The translations under genes were made by a program, and so were the position numbers. From the NCBI GenBank assembly GCA_019429005.1, contig JAHYJR010000001.1, forward strand, positions 200,663 through 264,662: a stretch of DNA of 64,000 nucleotides. Direction: 5' to 3'. The stretch is from Nanobdellati archaeon. GTDB taxonomy: Archaea; EX4484-52; GLR71. The notes under the pieces are model-generated. The model did not search any database, was not told the DNA's origin, and worked only from the letters and a program-made list of their open reading frames with translations. Positions 18,084 to 28,731 of the stretch are shown piece by piece (position 1 is the first letter of the stretch; every line of letters begins with the position of its first letter).

Positions 18084-19343
18084 ATGTTAAACAATACAAA
18101 TAATTCCCTTTGCAATGATGCTAAATCGCAGCTTGAAGCTGCATATACTTACATTAATGTAAAAGCTAATATAAAAAACATTTTGTCAGTACCAAAAGAA
18201 AGTCTTGAGGTATCAATACCTGTAAAGATGGATTCTGGTGATGTTAAAATCTTTAAAGGTTATCGTGTTCATTATGATAATTCACGTGGACCTTATAAAG
18301 GTGGAATTAGGTTTCATCCTGGTGTGTCTTTAGATGAAGTCACTGCACTTTCTTTTTGGATGACATTCAAATGTGCTGTTGTAAATATACCCTTTGGTGG
18401 CGGTAAAGGTGGCGTTATTGTTGATACTAAATCGCTTTCAAAAGGCGAAATTGAACGATTAAGTCGTGGCTATATTACTGCAGTTTCAGATTTTATTGGT
18501 CCCGATAAAGATATACCTGCACCTGATGTCTATACAAATCCGCAAATAATGGCATGGATGGCAGATCAATATGGTATACTTAAAGGTGTACCTACGCCTG
18601 CAATAATAACAGGTAAACCTATTGAATTTGGAGGTTCCATTGGTCGCTCTGACGCAACAAGTCAAGGTGGCCTTTATGTTATAGATAGTGCTGTTAAAGT
18701 TCTAGGTTTGGATAAGAATAAGCTTACTGTTGCGGTCCAAGGTTTTGGTAATGCAGGTTATAATATTGCAAAACTGATGTATAATTCAGGATATAATGTT
18801 GTTGCTGTGAGTGATTCAAATGGTGGTATTTATTCAGATAAATGGTTTAATCCAGAACAGATAATGGATATAAAAAATTTATCTGGAAGTGTTACTGCTG
18901 CTGCAATTGGCGATATTAAAAAGATAACGAATGAAGAACTTCTTGAACTTGATGTTGATATACTTATTCCTTCTGCCTTAGAGGCACAAATAACAAAAGA
19001 TAATGCAAATAATATCAAGGCAAAGATTATACTTGAGCTTGCAAATGGTCCAATAACGCATGAGGCTGATAAGATTCTTGATAAGAAAGGCATTTTTGTT
19101 ATACCTGATATTTTAGCAAATGCTGGTGGTGTGACTGTAAGTTATTTTGAATGGGTTCAGAATCGAACAGGTTATTATTGGGATATTGATACTGTGCATA
19201 AGAGGCTTGAAAAAATAATGGTTGCATCATTCAATGATATTTATTCTAATTGTAATAAACATGATATCAGTTTAAGGACTGCGGCGTATGTACTTGCTCT
19301 TGAGCGTATAACAAAAGCAATTGATGCTAGAATGCATGTTTAA
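18084..19343 (+). CDS. gdhA: Glutamate dehydrogenase (Glu/Leu/Phe/Val family)
   Basis: GPYKGGIRFHP, GGGKGG, DIPAPD, VQGFGNAG, NAGGVTVSYFEW. Confidence 0.96.
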   Translation: MLNNTNNSLCNDAKSQLEAAYTYINVKANIKNILSVPKESLEVSIPVKMDSGDVKIFKGYRVHYDNSRGPYKGGIRFHPGVSLDEVTALSFWMTFKCAVVNIPFGGGKGGVIVDTKSLSKGEIERLSRGYITAVSDFIGPDKDIPAPDVYTNPQIMAWMADQYGILKGVPTPAIITGKPIEFGGSIGRSDATSQGGLYVIDSAVKVLGLDKNKLTVAVQGFGNAGYNIAKLMYNSGYNVVAVSDSNGGIYSDKWFNPEQIMDIKNLSGSVTAAAIGDIKKITNEELLELDVDILIPSALEAQITKDNANNIKAKIILELANGPITHEADKILDKKGIFVIPDILANAGGVTVSYFEWVQNRTGYYWDIDTVHKRLEKIMVASFNDIYSNCNKHDISLRTAAYVLALERITKAIDARMHV

Positions 19344-19352
19344 GTCTTGTTT

Positions 19353-19375
19353 AGGGTTTTTAAAACCCTTTTTTT
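19353..19375 (+). terminator. Hairpin plus T-tract after gdhA
   Basis: AGGGTTTT-T-AAAACCCT followed by a T-run. Confidence 0.65.
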
Positions 19376-19425
19376 CTTTATTGTAAAATCTTATTATTTA
19401 TAAAATTGAAATACGAATATAACTT

Positions 19426-20031
19426 ATGATTAAAGCAATCATATTTGATTTTGATGGTGTTATCCATGACACTTTTGAGTTTCATAGGTCTAAGCTAAAA
19501 GCATTTACGGGCAATGATATCTCTGAAAAGAATTATAAGGATATTCATGATGGTAATTTTTATGATTCTAAATGTGATGTGCTTTTAGATACAGATTGGG
19601 CTGGTTATATAACGTTCATACATCCTGAACAGTCAACAATGAAGATAACAGATGAGATTCGTCAAGTCTTAATCGAATTAAACCAAAAATATGAATTGTT
19701 TATAATCTCATCTGGTTCTGCTAAAAATATTTCAGATTATCTAGGTAACAACGGTATCTCAAATATATTTACAGAGGTTCTAGGTTTTGAAAATCATAGA
19801 TCCAAAATCAACAAATTTAAAATGTTATTTGATACGCATGGGTTGTGTCATGATAACTGTATATTCATAACAGATACTTTAGGCGATATACTTGAAGCTA
19901 ACAAGGTTGGTGTTGAGACGGTTGCAGTTGATTTCGGGTTTCATAGTCGTGAACGGTTAGAGAAAGGCAATCCCTATAGGATAATTTCTAGATTTAGTGA
20001 ATTAGGACCTATTGTTGATGCTGGTTTTTGA
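19426..20031 (+). CDS. HAD-superfamily hydrolase
   Basis: IIFDFDGVIHDT motif I; TDTLGD motif IV. Confidence 0.9.
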   Translation: MIKAIIFDFDGVIHDTFEFHRSKLKAFTGNDISEKNYKDIHDGNFYDSKCDVLLDTDWAGYITFIHPEQSTMKITDEIRQVLIELNQKYELFIISSGSAKNISDYLGNNGISNIFTEVLGFENHRSKINKFKMLFDTHGLCHDNCIFITDTLGDILEANKVGVETVAVDFGFHSRERLEKGNPYRIISRFSELGPIVDAGF

Positions 20032-20146
20032 TGTTTGGATATTAATTAAATCCTATTTTTTAATAATAATATTAATTCTGTTTTCCCTTATAATATATAA
20101 TATCTTAAATCAAAATTAACTTATCAATTAAACTTTGTGATTAAAA

Positions 20147-20386
20147 ATGATTGAAATTATCGGTATCTTGGGCATGTTTCTTATACTTAGCGCATTTTTA
20201 TTAGATGAGCTTAACACAAAAATAGACAGGGATTCGGTCTTATATAATGTTATAAACTGTGTCGGTGCTGCGTTTTTGACATATTACGCATATAGTATAA
20301 ACAGTATACCTTTTATTGTGCTTAACGTTATCTGGTTTGCTGTAGCCTTAATAAAACTGATAGGGATTGAAAAAAAGAGATTATAA
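20147..20386 (+). CDS. Small 3-TM membrane protein (CBU_0592-like)
   Basis: IGILGMFLILSAF...YNVINCVGA...PFIVLNVIW pattern. Confidence 0.75.
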   Translation: MIEIIGILGMFLILSAFLLDELNTKIDRDSVLYNVINCVGAAFLTYYAYSINSIPFIVLNVIWFAVALIKLIGIEKKRL

Positions 20387-23260
20387 AATCTCAATCCCTG
20401 GTTTTCCAGGTTCAGCTCGTTTTGCTTTGTCTGATTTGGATTTATCTGAATTTTCTATTTGTATATTGCATTTCAATTCAGCTTCTAAAACCTTTTTCGC
20501 TTCATTAAGTATGTTTATTTCATTTTCTTGAGTCAATTCATATTTTTGTAATGAATGTATCTCTTTTGTAAGGTTTGAGATATATTTGACTGTTAAATCT
20601 CCTTGTTTTCTAGCTTCAACATTTTTCATTACAATTGGTATTAATCCCTTTGCATTATTTTTATTGTCAAAGACTAAATCTCTAACCGTAAATTTCCATA
20701 ACGGGCTGATGTATATGTTTATTTGTTTAGTTTCAATTCTAACTTGTTTTTTTATATTATGAATATCTTCTATAACAGTATCAACAAAATCCATCATATC
20801 TATTGATTTTGTATCTATCTTTTTGTTTTTTGTTTTAGGCCATTCTGCTTTTGCTACAAAACCCTTATTTTGATAGATTTCAAAAAGTTCTTCACAAATA
20901 TGTGGTATTATAGGAGATAATGTTATAATCCATGTGTTAATGATTTCATTTAGTATTTGTTTTTCATCATCATTTGCACGTTTTTCAAATGCCGAAATTA
21001 GATTATATATATCAAAAATAATTATTTGTGCATATTTTTGTAAATCAAAAGATTCAATATTTGATTCTGCATCAATTATTTTTTGTGTAAACCGTGATAC
21101 TAACGCTTTCACATTTGTAGTTTGCTTAATTTTCACATTATTATTATTATTATTATAATATTTTTGTATCAGACTTGTAATTTTATCAATATGTTTTTGT
21201 GTTTTTTCAACTTCAATTTCTCTCCAATCAACAGAAGATGCAAATCCTGCTGATGTTAAAATATATAATCTGAAGACATCAGCACTATATTTCCTTATTG
21301 TTTTTATCAATGGAAGTACATTACCTTTTGATTTACCCATTTTTGAACCTTCAACAGTTACAGGTTCCAGTAATGTTATTGTTTTTGGCCATTTGTTTTT
21401 TGGGAAAATTGCAGTATGATGGAATATAAAAAAACTAAGATGGTTTGATATGTGCATAATTGCAGTATGTCTATGGTCTAGAGGATACCAATAATTGAAT
21501 TCATCTTGCATCTCTTTTAATATTGTTTCATTAATACCTGTTTTTTTAGAAACCTCTTTTATTGCACCTTTGTTAAGAAACACATAATCGAATAATTCAA
21601 TATTTAATTTATCTGAAGGTATCTTGTTCTCTTTAATTTTATTTATTATTGTATAAAATGCCATATATATTGTAGAATCACTTAAAGCTTCAATTATCCA
21701 GTTTGTATCAAACGGTAATTTTGTTCCAAGACCTCTTTTTCTAGCAGTAGGTCTTTTATCAAGCCAATTAAATACATTTTCAAAAAATGTCCGATATTTT
21801 GAAGGCGTAATATTCATATTATTCAAGCAGTCAAACGCATCTTTTTTCCAAGTACCTTGATTGAAATTTAAGAACCATTGATCATCAAGAATATGTACTA
21901 TGACATCACCACCGCATCTGCATTTAATAGTGGGTGTGATAGGTCTGTAAAATTTATCAATTTTATTAGTTTTATTGAGTTTTTCTATAACTTTCTCTTT
22001 TGCATCTGCGACTTTTAGACCTTTGAAATCTTCACATTTATCATTTAATATTCCTTTATAGAATTCGTCTTTGTATATTTTTTCAGTTGCAAGTTTTAAT
22101 TTATCAGAATTTTGATTTTTTATCTCAAATTGTTCAATCGCTTCTTTTGCAGGAAAATCTGTATATCCTTCAAGATTTATAATTTGTATAATTTTTATGT
22201 TATCAATATCTTCTTTTTTAAATCCATATTGTTTTTGTGTTTTAACATCTTTCTTAAAATCCATTAATGCAATATAATCAAATGGTGCATGAGCTGGTAC
22301 TGAATAGACAACTCCCGTTGCATTGTCATCATCAACAAATGTTGCTGGAAGTATTATGATATCTCGATTATTTATTGGCGTTTTGCATTTATCTCCAATA
22401 AGTTCTTTACCTTTGAATTCTTCAAGAATTTTAACGGTTTTATCTTGATATTCTAGTTTAGATGCTGCTTTTTTGCTTATGTACCAAATGTCATCATTTA
22501 TTTTGACTTTTACATAAGTAGCTTGCGGATTAATCCAGATATTTGTAACACCATAAACAGTTTCTGGTCTTAATGTTGATGCAACAAGATATCCGTCTTT
22601 GTAAGGGTACTTTATGCAAGTATATTCCTGAATCGCCAAATCAATCTCATCACCACTTAAGATATCATCTTCACCAACAGCATTTTGATCATTTAAACAG
22701 AATAATATTGGATATTTTCCTTTTTCTAAATAATTTTTATCTTTAAGTTTATTGAATTGCCACGTTACAAAAGCATTGTATTCTGTATCTCCTGTTGTGA
22801 AACTCCGTCTCCAGTCAATACTTGTTCCAAGTTCATCAAAACCCGTTTTAAATGTTTTTGCAAAATAATTTACAATATTCCATGGTTCTTTAAAGCTTTC
22901 AACAATTTTTTTGACGTCATCTTTATTTTTTGTATCTAATGCAACATATTCTGTAAAACGCGTTTTTATTATTTTATCATTATTTTGTATTCCTCTTGAT
23001 ATTGCAAGAACGGGTGTTCCTGTTATATGGAATGCCATCGGGAATAAAACATTATAACCTTTAAGTCTTTTGTATCTTGCAAAGGCGTCACCACATGTAA
23101 AGGTTCTTCCATGACCTATGTGTTGTGGTCCATTTGTGTATGGATATGGCACGGTTATGAAATATTTTTTCTGGTTGAAGATAGGGTTTGCTTCAAAAAC
23201 TTTTTCTTTTGCCCATTTATCTTGCCATTTTTTTTCAATTTTTTTAAAATCCATACTCAT
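20381..23260 (-). CDS. leuS: Leucine--tRNA ligase (archaeal type)
   Basis: PYPYTNGPQHIGH, STLRPET, KMGKS and terminal PGKPGI. Confidence 0.97.
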   Translation of the reverse strand: MSMDFKKIEKKWQDKWAKEKVFEANPIFNQKKYFITVPYPYTNGPQHIGHGRTFTCGDAFARYKRLKGYNVLFPMAFHITGTPVLAISRGIQNNDKIIKTRFTEYVALDTKNKDDVKKIVESFKEPWNIVNYFAKTFKTGFDELGTSIDWRRSFTTGDTEYNAFVTWQFNKLKDKNYLEKGKYPILFCLNDQNAVGEDDILSGDEIDLAIQEYTCIKYPYKDGYLVASTLRPETVYGVTNIWINPQATYVKVKINDDIWYISKKAASKLEYQDKTVKILEEFKGKELIGDKCKTPINNRDIIILPATFVDDDNATGVVYSVPAHAPFDYIALMDFKKDVKTQKQYGFKKEDIDNIKIIQIINLEGYTDFPAKEAIEQFEIKNQNSDKLKLATEKIYKDEFYKGILNDKCEDFKGLKVADAKEKVIEKLNKTNKIDKFYRPITPTIKCRCGGDVIVHILDDQWFLNFNQGTWKKDAFDCLNNMNITPSKYRTFFENVFNWLDKRPTARKRGLGTKLPFDTNWIIEALSDSTIYMAFYTIINKIKENKIPSDKLNIELFDYVFLNKGAIKEVSKKTGINETILKEMQDEFNYWYPLDHRHTAIMHISNHLSFFIFHHTAIFPKNKWPKTITLLEPVTVEGSKMGKSKGNVLPLIKTIRKYSADVFRLYILTSAGFASSVDWREIEVEKTQKHIDKITSLIQKYYNNNNNNVKIKQTTNVKALVSRFTQKIIDAESNIESFDLQKYAQIIIFDIYNLISAFEKRANDDEKQILNEIINTWIITLSPIIPHICEELFEIYQNKGFVAKAEWPKTKNKKIDTKSIDMMDFVDTVIEDIHNIKKQVRIETKQINIYISPLWKFTVRDLVFDNKNNAKGLIPIVMKNVEARKQGDLTVKYISNLTKEIHSLQKYELTQENEINILNEAKKVLEAELKCNIQIENSDKSKSDKAKRAEPGKPGIEIL

Positions 23261-23368
23261 TTAAGACACCTTATGTTTGGTTTATCTATGGATATTTTTA
23301 AAATTATTGTTGTTGATGCTTAGAAATTGTTGAATATGTATTATTTAGGGCTAGGCGAGATTTTAGAT

Positions 23369-24211
23369 TTATAATCCGTATTTTTTATTGAATCTCGTAA
23401 TTTTTTGATTAAATCGTTCTGTTTCTTTATCATTTAACATTGTATGTATGGTTTCAAGCCTATCTTTTGCAGTTTCATATAATTTTAAATCTTGTTCCTG
23501 TTTTTTTTGCATATAGCCTAATTCCATTTCAAATCTACTTTTATCTACAGATTGTTTTAGTTCTTGTGAGGTTGGTGTGGTGTCGCCTATATAGTTATTT
23601 AAACTTGGTACTTTTTCAACTTGTTCAAGTTTATATTTAATAGCATTTATGTCATTTTTTTGTTTTTCAAGTGTATTTAATGTAATTTTTATTTCTCTTT
23701 CTACTCCATAGTGTGTGCTTTTTAATTGTTCTTCTTTTAGTTTTGGGTTATTTATGATTGTATCTAAATCACCAAGATAATTTTCTGCTGCTTTTTCTTT
23801 TTGTTCAAGTTCGGATTGATAAATCGCTTGCTTACTCTGTAGAGAATCTAGTCCGGCCTGAACTGCCTTTTTAGCGTAACAATCTACCGTTTTGTTTTTA
23901 TATTGTATACCCTGTTGATTTAGTTCTATATTATCTTGACGCTTCAATTTTTCATAACCTGATGTTGGCAGTTCTTGTTTTCCCGCATATTTTTCAGCTT
24001 TTTGAACTGTTTGATTGTATGAACTTTCAGCTTTTTGTAATTCAATAAGTGCACCATTAAAAGTTCTATTTGCTGTATTATTTTCTATAGATAACTCTTC
24101 AGCACGTTTTTTTTCATTATTAATTCCCAAAAAGCCTACCGAAACAATAATGGTTAAGGTTACAGAAACAATTTGCATAATTTCAACAAATACCAATTCA
24201 AGTGATGTCAT
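23369..24211 (-). CDS. Membrane-anchored coiled-coil hypothetical protein
   Basis: N-terminal TM segment followed by a Q/E/K-rich helical body. Confidence 0.7.
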   Translation of the reverse strand: MTSLELVFVEIMQIVSVTLTIIVSVGFLGINNEKKRAEELSIENNTANRTFNGALIELQKAESSYNQTVQKAEKYAGKQELPTSGYEKLKRQDNIELNQQGIQYKNKTVDCYAKKAVQAGLDSLQSKQAIYQSELEQKEKAAENYLGDLDTIINNPKLKEEQLKSTHYGVEREIKITLNTLEKQKNDINAIKYKLEQVEKVPSLNNYIGDTTPTSQELKQSVDKSRFEMELGYMQKKQEQDLKLYETAKDRLETIHTMLNDKETERFNQKITRFNKKYGL

Positions 24212-24387
24212 AGAAAAATATTGTATTGTTTAGTATATATATTTTATTATAGTTTATCTAAAAGAATTCATCAGGTGCGGTTTAATCTTATATACTTTTA
24301 ATGTTAAATAATTTACATCAGTATTAGTTAAATATTTAAATCATAAGCGTACATTAATTTTATATTAATAAATCGGTGTTTTATTTT

Positions 24388-25161
24388 ATGGGTCGTGTAA
24401 TCTGTCTTGTATCGGGTAAAGGTGGTGTTGGAAAAACTACACTTGCGTCCAATATAGCTATGGCATTAAATAATTTTGGAAAAAATACAGTTGTCATTGA
24501 TACAAACCTTACAACACCAAATTTAGGTTTTCATCTTGGTGTACCACTTTATCCTAAAACCTTTCATGATGTTTTGAATGGTACAGCTACTTATGAAGAA
24601 GCAACTTATACACATCCTTCAGGTCTTAGAGTTATGCCTGCTGGAATATCTTTAAGAGATCTTAAAAATACAAATTTATCACAGATGGATAACGTTGTTC
24701 TCGATATTGCAGATAACCATGACATTGTAATTCTTGACGGTGCTGCAGGTCTTGGAAAAGAAGGTAAGGCGAGTTTAAGTGCAGCAGATGAAGCTCTTAT
24801 TGTAACAAATCCACAGCTTCCATCAGTTACAGATGCTCTTAAGACAATAAAAATCGCAGAAGAGCTTGGTACAAAAATACTTGGTGTGGCTTTAAATCGT
24901 TCAAAAAATCATCCTTCCGAATTATCACAAAATGAAGTTGAAGCACTTTTAGGTTATCCGGTTATTTCAATTATACCTGATGAGAATCATATTATAGACA
25001 GTCTTGCAGCAAAGACGCCTATTGTGGCATTCAAACCAAACACACGTTCAGCTCAAGAGATAAAGAAACTCGCTGCATGTTTAATCGGTATTGATTATGA
25101 CATCCCTGTTCAGAAAGAATATGGATTGTTTTCTAGAATTTTTGGTTTTCTTAAAGGTTAA
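24388..25161 (+). CDS. minD: MinD-family ATPase
   Basis: SGKGGVGKTT deviant Walker A; C-terminal amphipathic GLFSRIFGFLKG membrane-targeting helix. Confidence 0.93.
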   Translation: MGRVICLVSGKGGVGKTTLASNIAMALNNFGKNTVVIDTNLTTPNLGFHLGVPLYPKTFHDVLNGTATYEEATYTHPSGLRVMPAGISLRDLKNTNLSQMDNVVLDIADNHDIVILDGAAGLGKEGKASLSAADEALIVTNPQLPSVTDALKTIKIAEELGTKILGVALNRSKNHPSELSQNEVEALLGYPVISIIPDENHIIDSLAAKTPIVAFKPNTRSAQEIKKLAACLIGIDYDIPVQKEYGLFSRIFGFLKG

Positions 25162-25216
25162 GTTTTTAGTTTAACTTTTTTTTAAAACATTTTAGTTTTT
25201 GTATTATACTAAAACC

Positions 25217-25464
25217 TTATTTTCCTATGTTAGTTAATGCATTCAGTGCTAAAAATGCTGCAATAATTAATCCCGAAAACAATAATAGTAAAGAAACATT
25301 GCTAACTATATCAGTTTGTTATCACAAGTATTATAATAATGCCGATTAAGAGGTAAAGAAACATTGCTAAAGATATCAGTTTGAGCGAAAAAATAACTAA
25401 GCACTAACATTATGCTTGACAAAGTTGTTAAAGACCAATTTTGAGATATAGACTCTTTAGACAT
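25217..25464 (-). pseudogene. Small membrane-protein gene disrupted by an internal duplication
   Basis: MSKESISQNWSLTTLSSIMLVLSYFFAQTDIFSNVSL, then a frame break, then QTDIVSNVSLLLLFSGLIIAAFLALNALTNIGK*; 31-bp direct repeat at 25288 and 25353. Confidence 0.5.
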
Positions 25465-25549
25465 AAGTTATAATGGTTTTTTTTTGTATAAATATTTGTT
25501 TATCAAAATTACACCCCACAAATTTAAACCTAAACAACCAATTTATCCT

Positions 25550-26566
25550 ATGCAAGACACAAATAAAGACCTTGAACGTTACACAAGACAGATGATACTT
25601 AAAGGCTTTTTTAAGAAAGATCAGCTAAAGCTTCAAGGATCAAAGGTTGTAATCATTGGTCTCGGTGCCTTAGGGTCTGTCGCGTCAGAACTTATACTGC
25701 GCGCAGGTGTGAAGAATCTAGTTCTTGTGGATAGGGATTTTGTCGAGCGTAGTAATCTGCAAAGACAACTATTATACGCAGAAAAGCATGTTGGTATGCC
25801 AAAGCCAAATGCTGCAAAAGAAGTCTTAAATCAAATTGATACATCTGCTAATATCTCCATATTCGTTACAGATATTAATTCCTCAAACATAGAATCCATC
25901 GTGAATAAATGTGATCTCATACTTGATTGTACAGATAATATGGAAACTCGTTTTTTGATAAATGATGTTAGCCTAAAACATAACATTCCATGGATTTATG
26001 CTGCAGCTGTGGGTTTTCAAGGAACAACATTTAATATTATACCAGGAAAAACAGCTTGTCTAAGATGTGTTTTCAGCAAAGTACCACAAGGTCTTGATAC
26101 ATGTGACACGGCAGGCATCCTTTCAACTGTATCTGTATCAATCTCAGCATTACAAGTCACAGAAGCACTAAAAATCCTCACACAAAAACAATTTTCAAAA
26201 GATATGATATATTACGATGTATGGAATCAAACATTTGAACATTCTAAACTATTGAAAAACAAATCCTGTCCAGCTTGTAATAATATTTATGAGTATCTTG
26301 ATAAAAAAGAACATTCAAAGACAATAACGTTATGTGGTCGTGGTGCTTACCAGATTATACCTAAGGATGCTATAAAATTAAATATAGAACTATTGGCTGA
26401 TAAGCTTTCAAGATTAGGTTCTGTAAAATCATTTAAACCACATCTGATACATTTTAAATTAGAAGATAAAGCCCTCTCTATTTTTTCAGATGGTCGTGCA
26501 ATAATAAAAGGTGCAAAAAGTATTTCAGATGCTCGAAGTCTTTATTCTAGGTTTGTTGGCAATTAA
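25550..26566 (+). CDS. ThiF/MoeB E1-like adenylyltransferase with extra C-terminal domain
   Basis: RYTRQ, GLGALG, DRDFVERSNLQRQ, CxxC pairs and catalytic TC. Confidence 0.93.
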   Translation: MQDTNKDLERYTRQMILKGFFKKDQLKLQGSKVVIIGLGALGSVASELILRAGVKNLVLVDRDFVERSNLQRQLLYAEKHVGMPKPNAAKEVLNQIDTSANISIFVTDINSSNIESIVNKCDLILDCTDNMETRFLINDVSLKHNIPWIYAAAVGFQGTTFNIIPGKTACLRCVFSKVPQGLDTCDTAGILSTVSVSISALQVTEALKILTQKQFSKDMIYYDVWNQTFEHSKLLKNKSCPACNNIYEYLDKKEHSKTITLCGRGAYQIIPKDAIKLNIELLADKLSRLGSVKSFKPHLIHFKLEDKALSIFSDGRAIIKGAKSISDARSLYSRFVGN

Positions 26567-26613
26567 AATCAATATAGCTATAATTTATAAAATTATAATC
26601 TTAATTCACTTCC

Positions 26614-27291
26614 ATGGCAAAAGAATTATCAAAAGTATCTAAAAATAAATCCGTTAAGTTAGTGTCATTAATATCGGGCGGTATTGATTCGCCGGTTGCA
26701 ACCCACCTTATGCTTAAAAAAGGTGTTGACTTAGTTTTTGTACATATGGATAACAGACCGTTTATAGATGATAGGCCTTTGAATAAAGTAATGTCTTTAC
26801 TTGAGCATCTTGCAAAATTACATAAAAAAGATTTGAAGTTATATGTTGTACCTCATGGTCCAAATCAGTCTTTGTTTGCATCTTCATGTGATCGAAAACT
26901 TACCTGTGTTCTTTGCAGGCGTATGATGTATCGTGTTGGAGAAAATGTTGCTAAATTAGAGAATGCTGATGCGATTTTAACAGGTGAAAGTTTAGGTCAA
27001 GTTGCAAGTCAAACGCTTGATAATCTATTTGTTGAGAAACAAAGTATCGCTACAAGGGTTTTAAGTCCATTAATTGGTTTTGATAAGGAAGAGACAATAA
27101 AAATCGCAAAAGAGATTGGCACATATGAAATATCTATACTTCCTGGAGAATGTTGTAGTCTTACACCGCTTTATCCTGAAACTCATGCAAATTTGAAATA
27201 TGTAGAATCTGAGGAATCTAATATTGATATAACATCTTTACTTGATGAATCTGTTAGTAACGCAAAGATTATTACAATCAAGTTTAAGTGA
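26614..27291 (+). CDS. thiI: ThiI-family PP-loop sulfurtransferase, catalytic domain only (no THUMP)
   Basis: SGGIDSPVA, CVLCRRMM, TGESLGQVASQT, PLIGFDKEE; only 225 aa. Confidence 0.88.
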   Translation: MAKELSKVSKNKSVKLVSLISGGIDSPVATHLMLKKGVDLVFVHMDNRPFIDDRPLNKVMSLLEHLAKLHKKDLKLYVVPHGPNQSLFASSCDRKLTCVLCRRMMYRVGENVAKLENADAILTGESLGQVASQTLDNLFVEKQSIATRVLSPLIGFDKEETIKIAKEIGTYEISILPGECCSLTPLYPETHANLKYVESEESNIDITSLLDESVSNAKIITIKFK

Positions 27292-27330
27292 TTGTTATAA
27301 TTATTATTTGATGAATGTGTGTTGGGTTAT

Positions 27331-28731
27331 ATGGGTTCTAAAACAAAAAATCAAAAATACCTTAAACCAAAATCAAACACATCCTTAAATCTAAACTGGA
27401 ATCATCTGAGTTATCTTATTTTTATCATATCAACACTATTTTTTATTATCCAACGGTATATGGGTCCTCAATGGGATTTTCTTGTATATGTTTCAAATGC
27501 AAAATACCTTTTTGATGGAGGAACTTATTTTGAATGGTGTCGTTCGCCAATGATCTCTGTGATTATGTATCTTTTAAGTTTCGTCGGTTGGACTTTATCA
27601 GAATATTTTTATCTTATATTTGTATCTATTTTATTTTTTGTTGCGACTGGAAAATTTGCAGAAAAATGGAATCTAGATAAAAACCTATTTTATCCTTTAT
27701 CAATGTCATTTTTTGTCTTATTTTTTGGTGCTTCAAACGGTACCGAAATATTATCTGTATCTTTTCTATTACTCTTTTTTGCATACATTGAAACAATTTT
27801 AGCAGGAGGTTTTATAGCATTAGCATTTTTATCCAGATACACTGTGATAACTTTAGTACCATTTTTGTTGTTGCAACGAAATATCAAAAAGATATTCTTA
27901 TCATCTCTGTTATTTTTATTGATTTTATCGCCATGGTTTTTGTATAATTTTTATATGACTGGAAATCCTTTAATGAGCGTTATTGATTCTTATTCTCTGA
28001 ATGTTAAGTATCGTCTTGAATACATGATGCATCCTCAAAACATCAATCATTTTGTGCAAGTTGTAGGTTTATTGGCGCCCCTTTTTATTATGGGTCTTTA
28101 TAAATCATTTAGATCTTTAATCTCAAAAGCATCATCTTTTAAAGATATTATTGTCTCTGGATTGAAAAATGTTTATTATAGGGATGCGGTTATGTTTATC
28201 TTCTTTATTATGACAGTATATTACTATCTTGGCACACCATTTAAAGTCGAAAGATATCTTTTTAATCTGATAATACCTGTGACTTATTTTTCAGTTAGGT
28301 ATTTATCTTCATTTGATTCAAATAAAATAAAATTATTTTTATACCCTATTGTTACATTAAATTTAATTGTAGCATTATTAATTCTGTTTGTTACAATACC
28401 TTACACAACTCAATTTTTATCAGACGATTATTTAGATATTAAGGATTGTCGTCTAATATCAAATGCATGGGCTCCTTTAAATTATCGTGATTTTGTGTCA
28501 GAACCTGCTCCAAACCCGACAAAACTTTTAGAAAATATTGATAACGGTTACATGTTCCTATATTTTAAATCAATTGGTGAACCGGAATATATGTTAGATT
28601 CAAATTATACAAAACAGTTACCTATAATACGCGAAGCTGACAAATATATAATATTTGGCACAGGTGTTTGTTTGAATCGGCTCGATAAATATGAACATTT
28701 GTATCTAAGGTCAATTGGTGTATTACCATGA
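27331..28731 (+). CDS. Multi-TM GT-C fold glycosyltransferase (ArnT/PMT-like)
   Basis: WDFLVY...EWCRSP loop, LAFLSRY, PWFLYNFYMTGNP, ERY; many TM helices. Confidence 0.75.
   Translation: MGSKTKNQKYLKPKSNTSLNLNWNHLSYLIFIISTLFFIIQRYMGPQWDFLVYVSNAKYLFDGGTYFEWCRSPMISVIMYLLSFVGWTLSEYFYLIFVSILFFVATGKFAEKWNLDKNLFYPLSMSFFVLFFGASNGTEILSVSFLLLFFAYIETILAGGFIALAFLSRYTVITLVPFLLLQRNIKKIFLSSLLFLLILSPWFLYNFYMTGNPLMSVIDSYSLNVKYRLEYMMHPQNINHFVQVVGLLAPLFIMGLYKSFRSLISKASSFKDIIVSGLKNVYYRDAVMFIFFIMTVYYYLGTPFKVERYLFNLIIPVTYFSVRYLSSFDSNKIKLFLYPIVTLNLIVALLILFVTIPYTTQFLSDDYLDIKDCRLISNAWAPLNYRDFVSEPAPNPTKLLENIDNGYMFLYFKSIGEPEYMLDSNYTKQLPIIREADKYIIFGTGVCLNRLDKYEHLYLRSIGVLP

Noticed and set aside
25288-25383. 31-bp repeat with 34-bp spacer, CRISPR-like dimensions
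   Set aside because: Only two copies, no cas genes, and both copies encode the same peptide (QTDIxSNVSL) in a broken membrane-protein gene.
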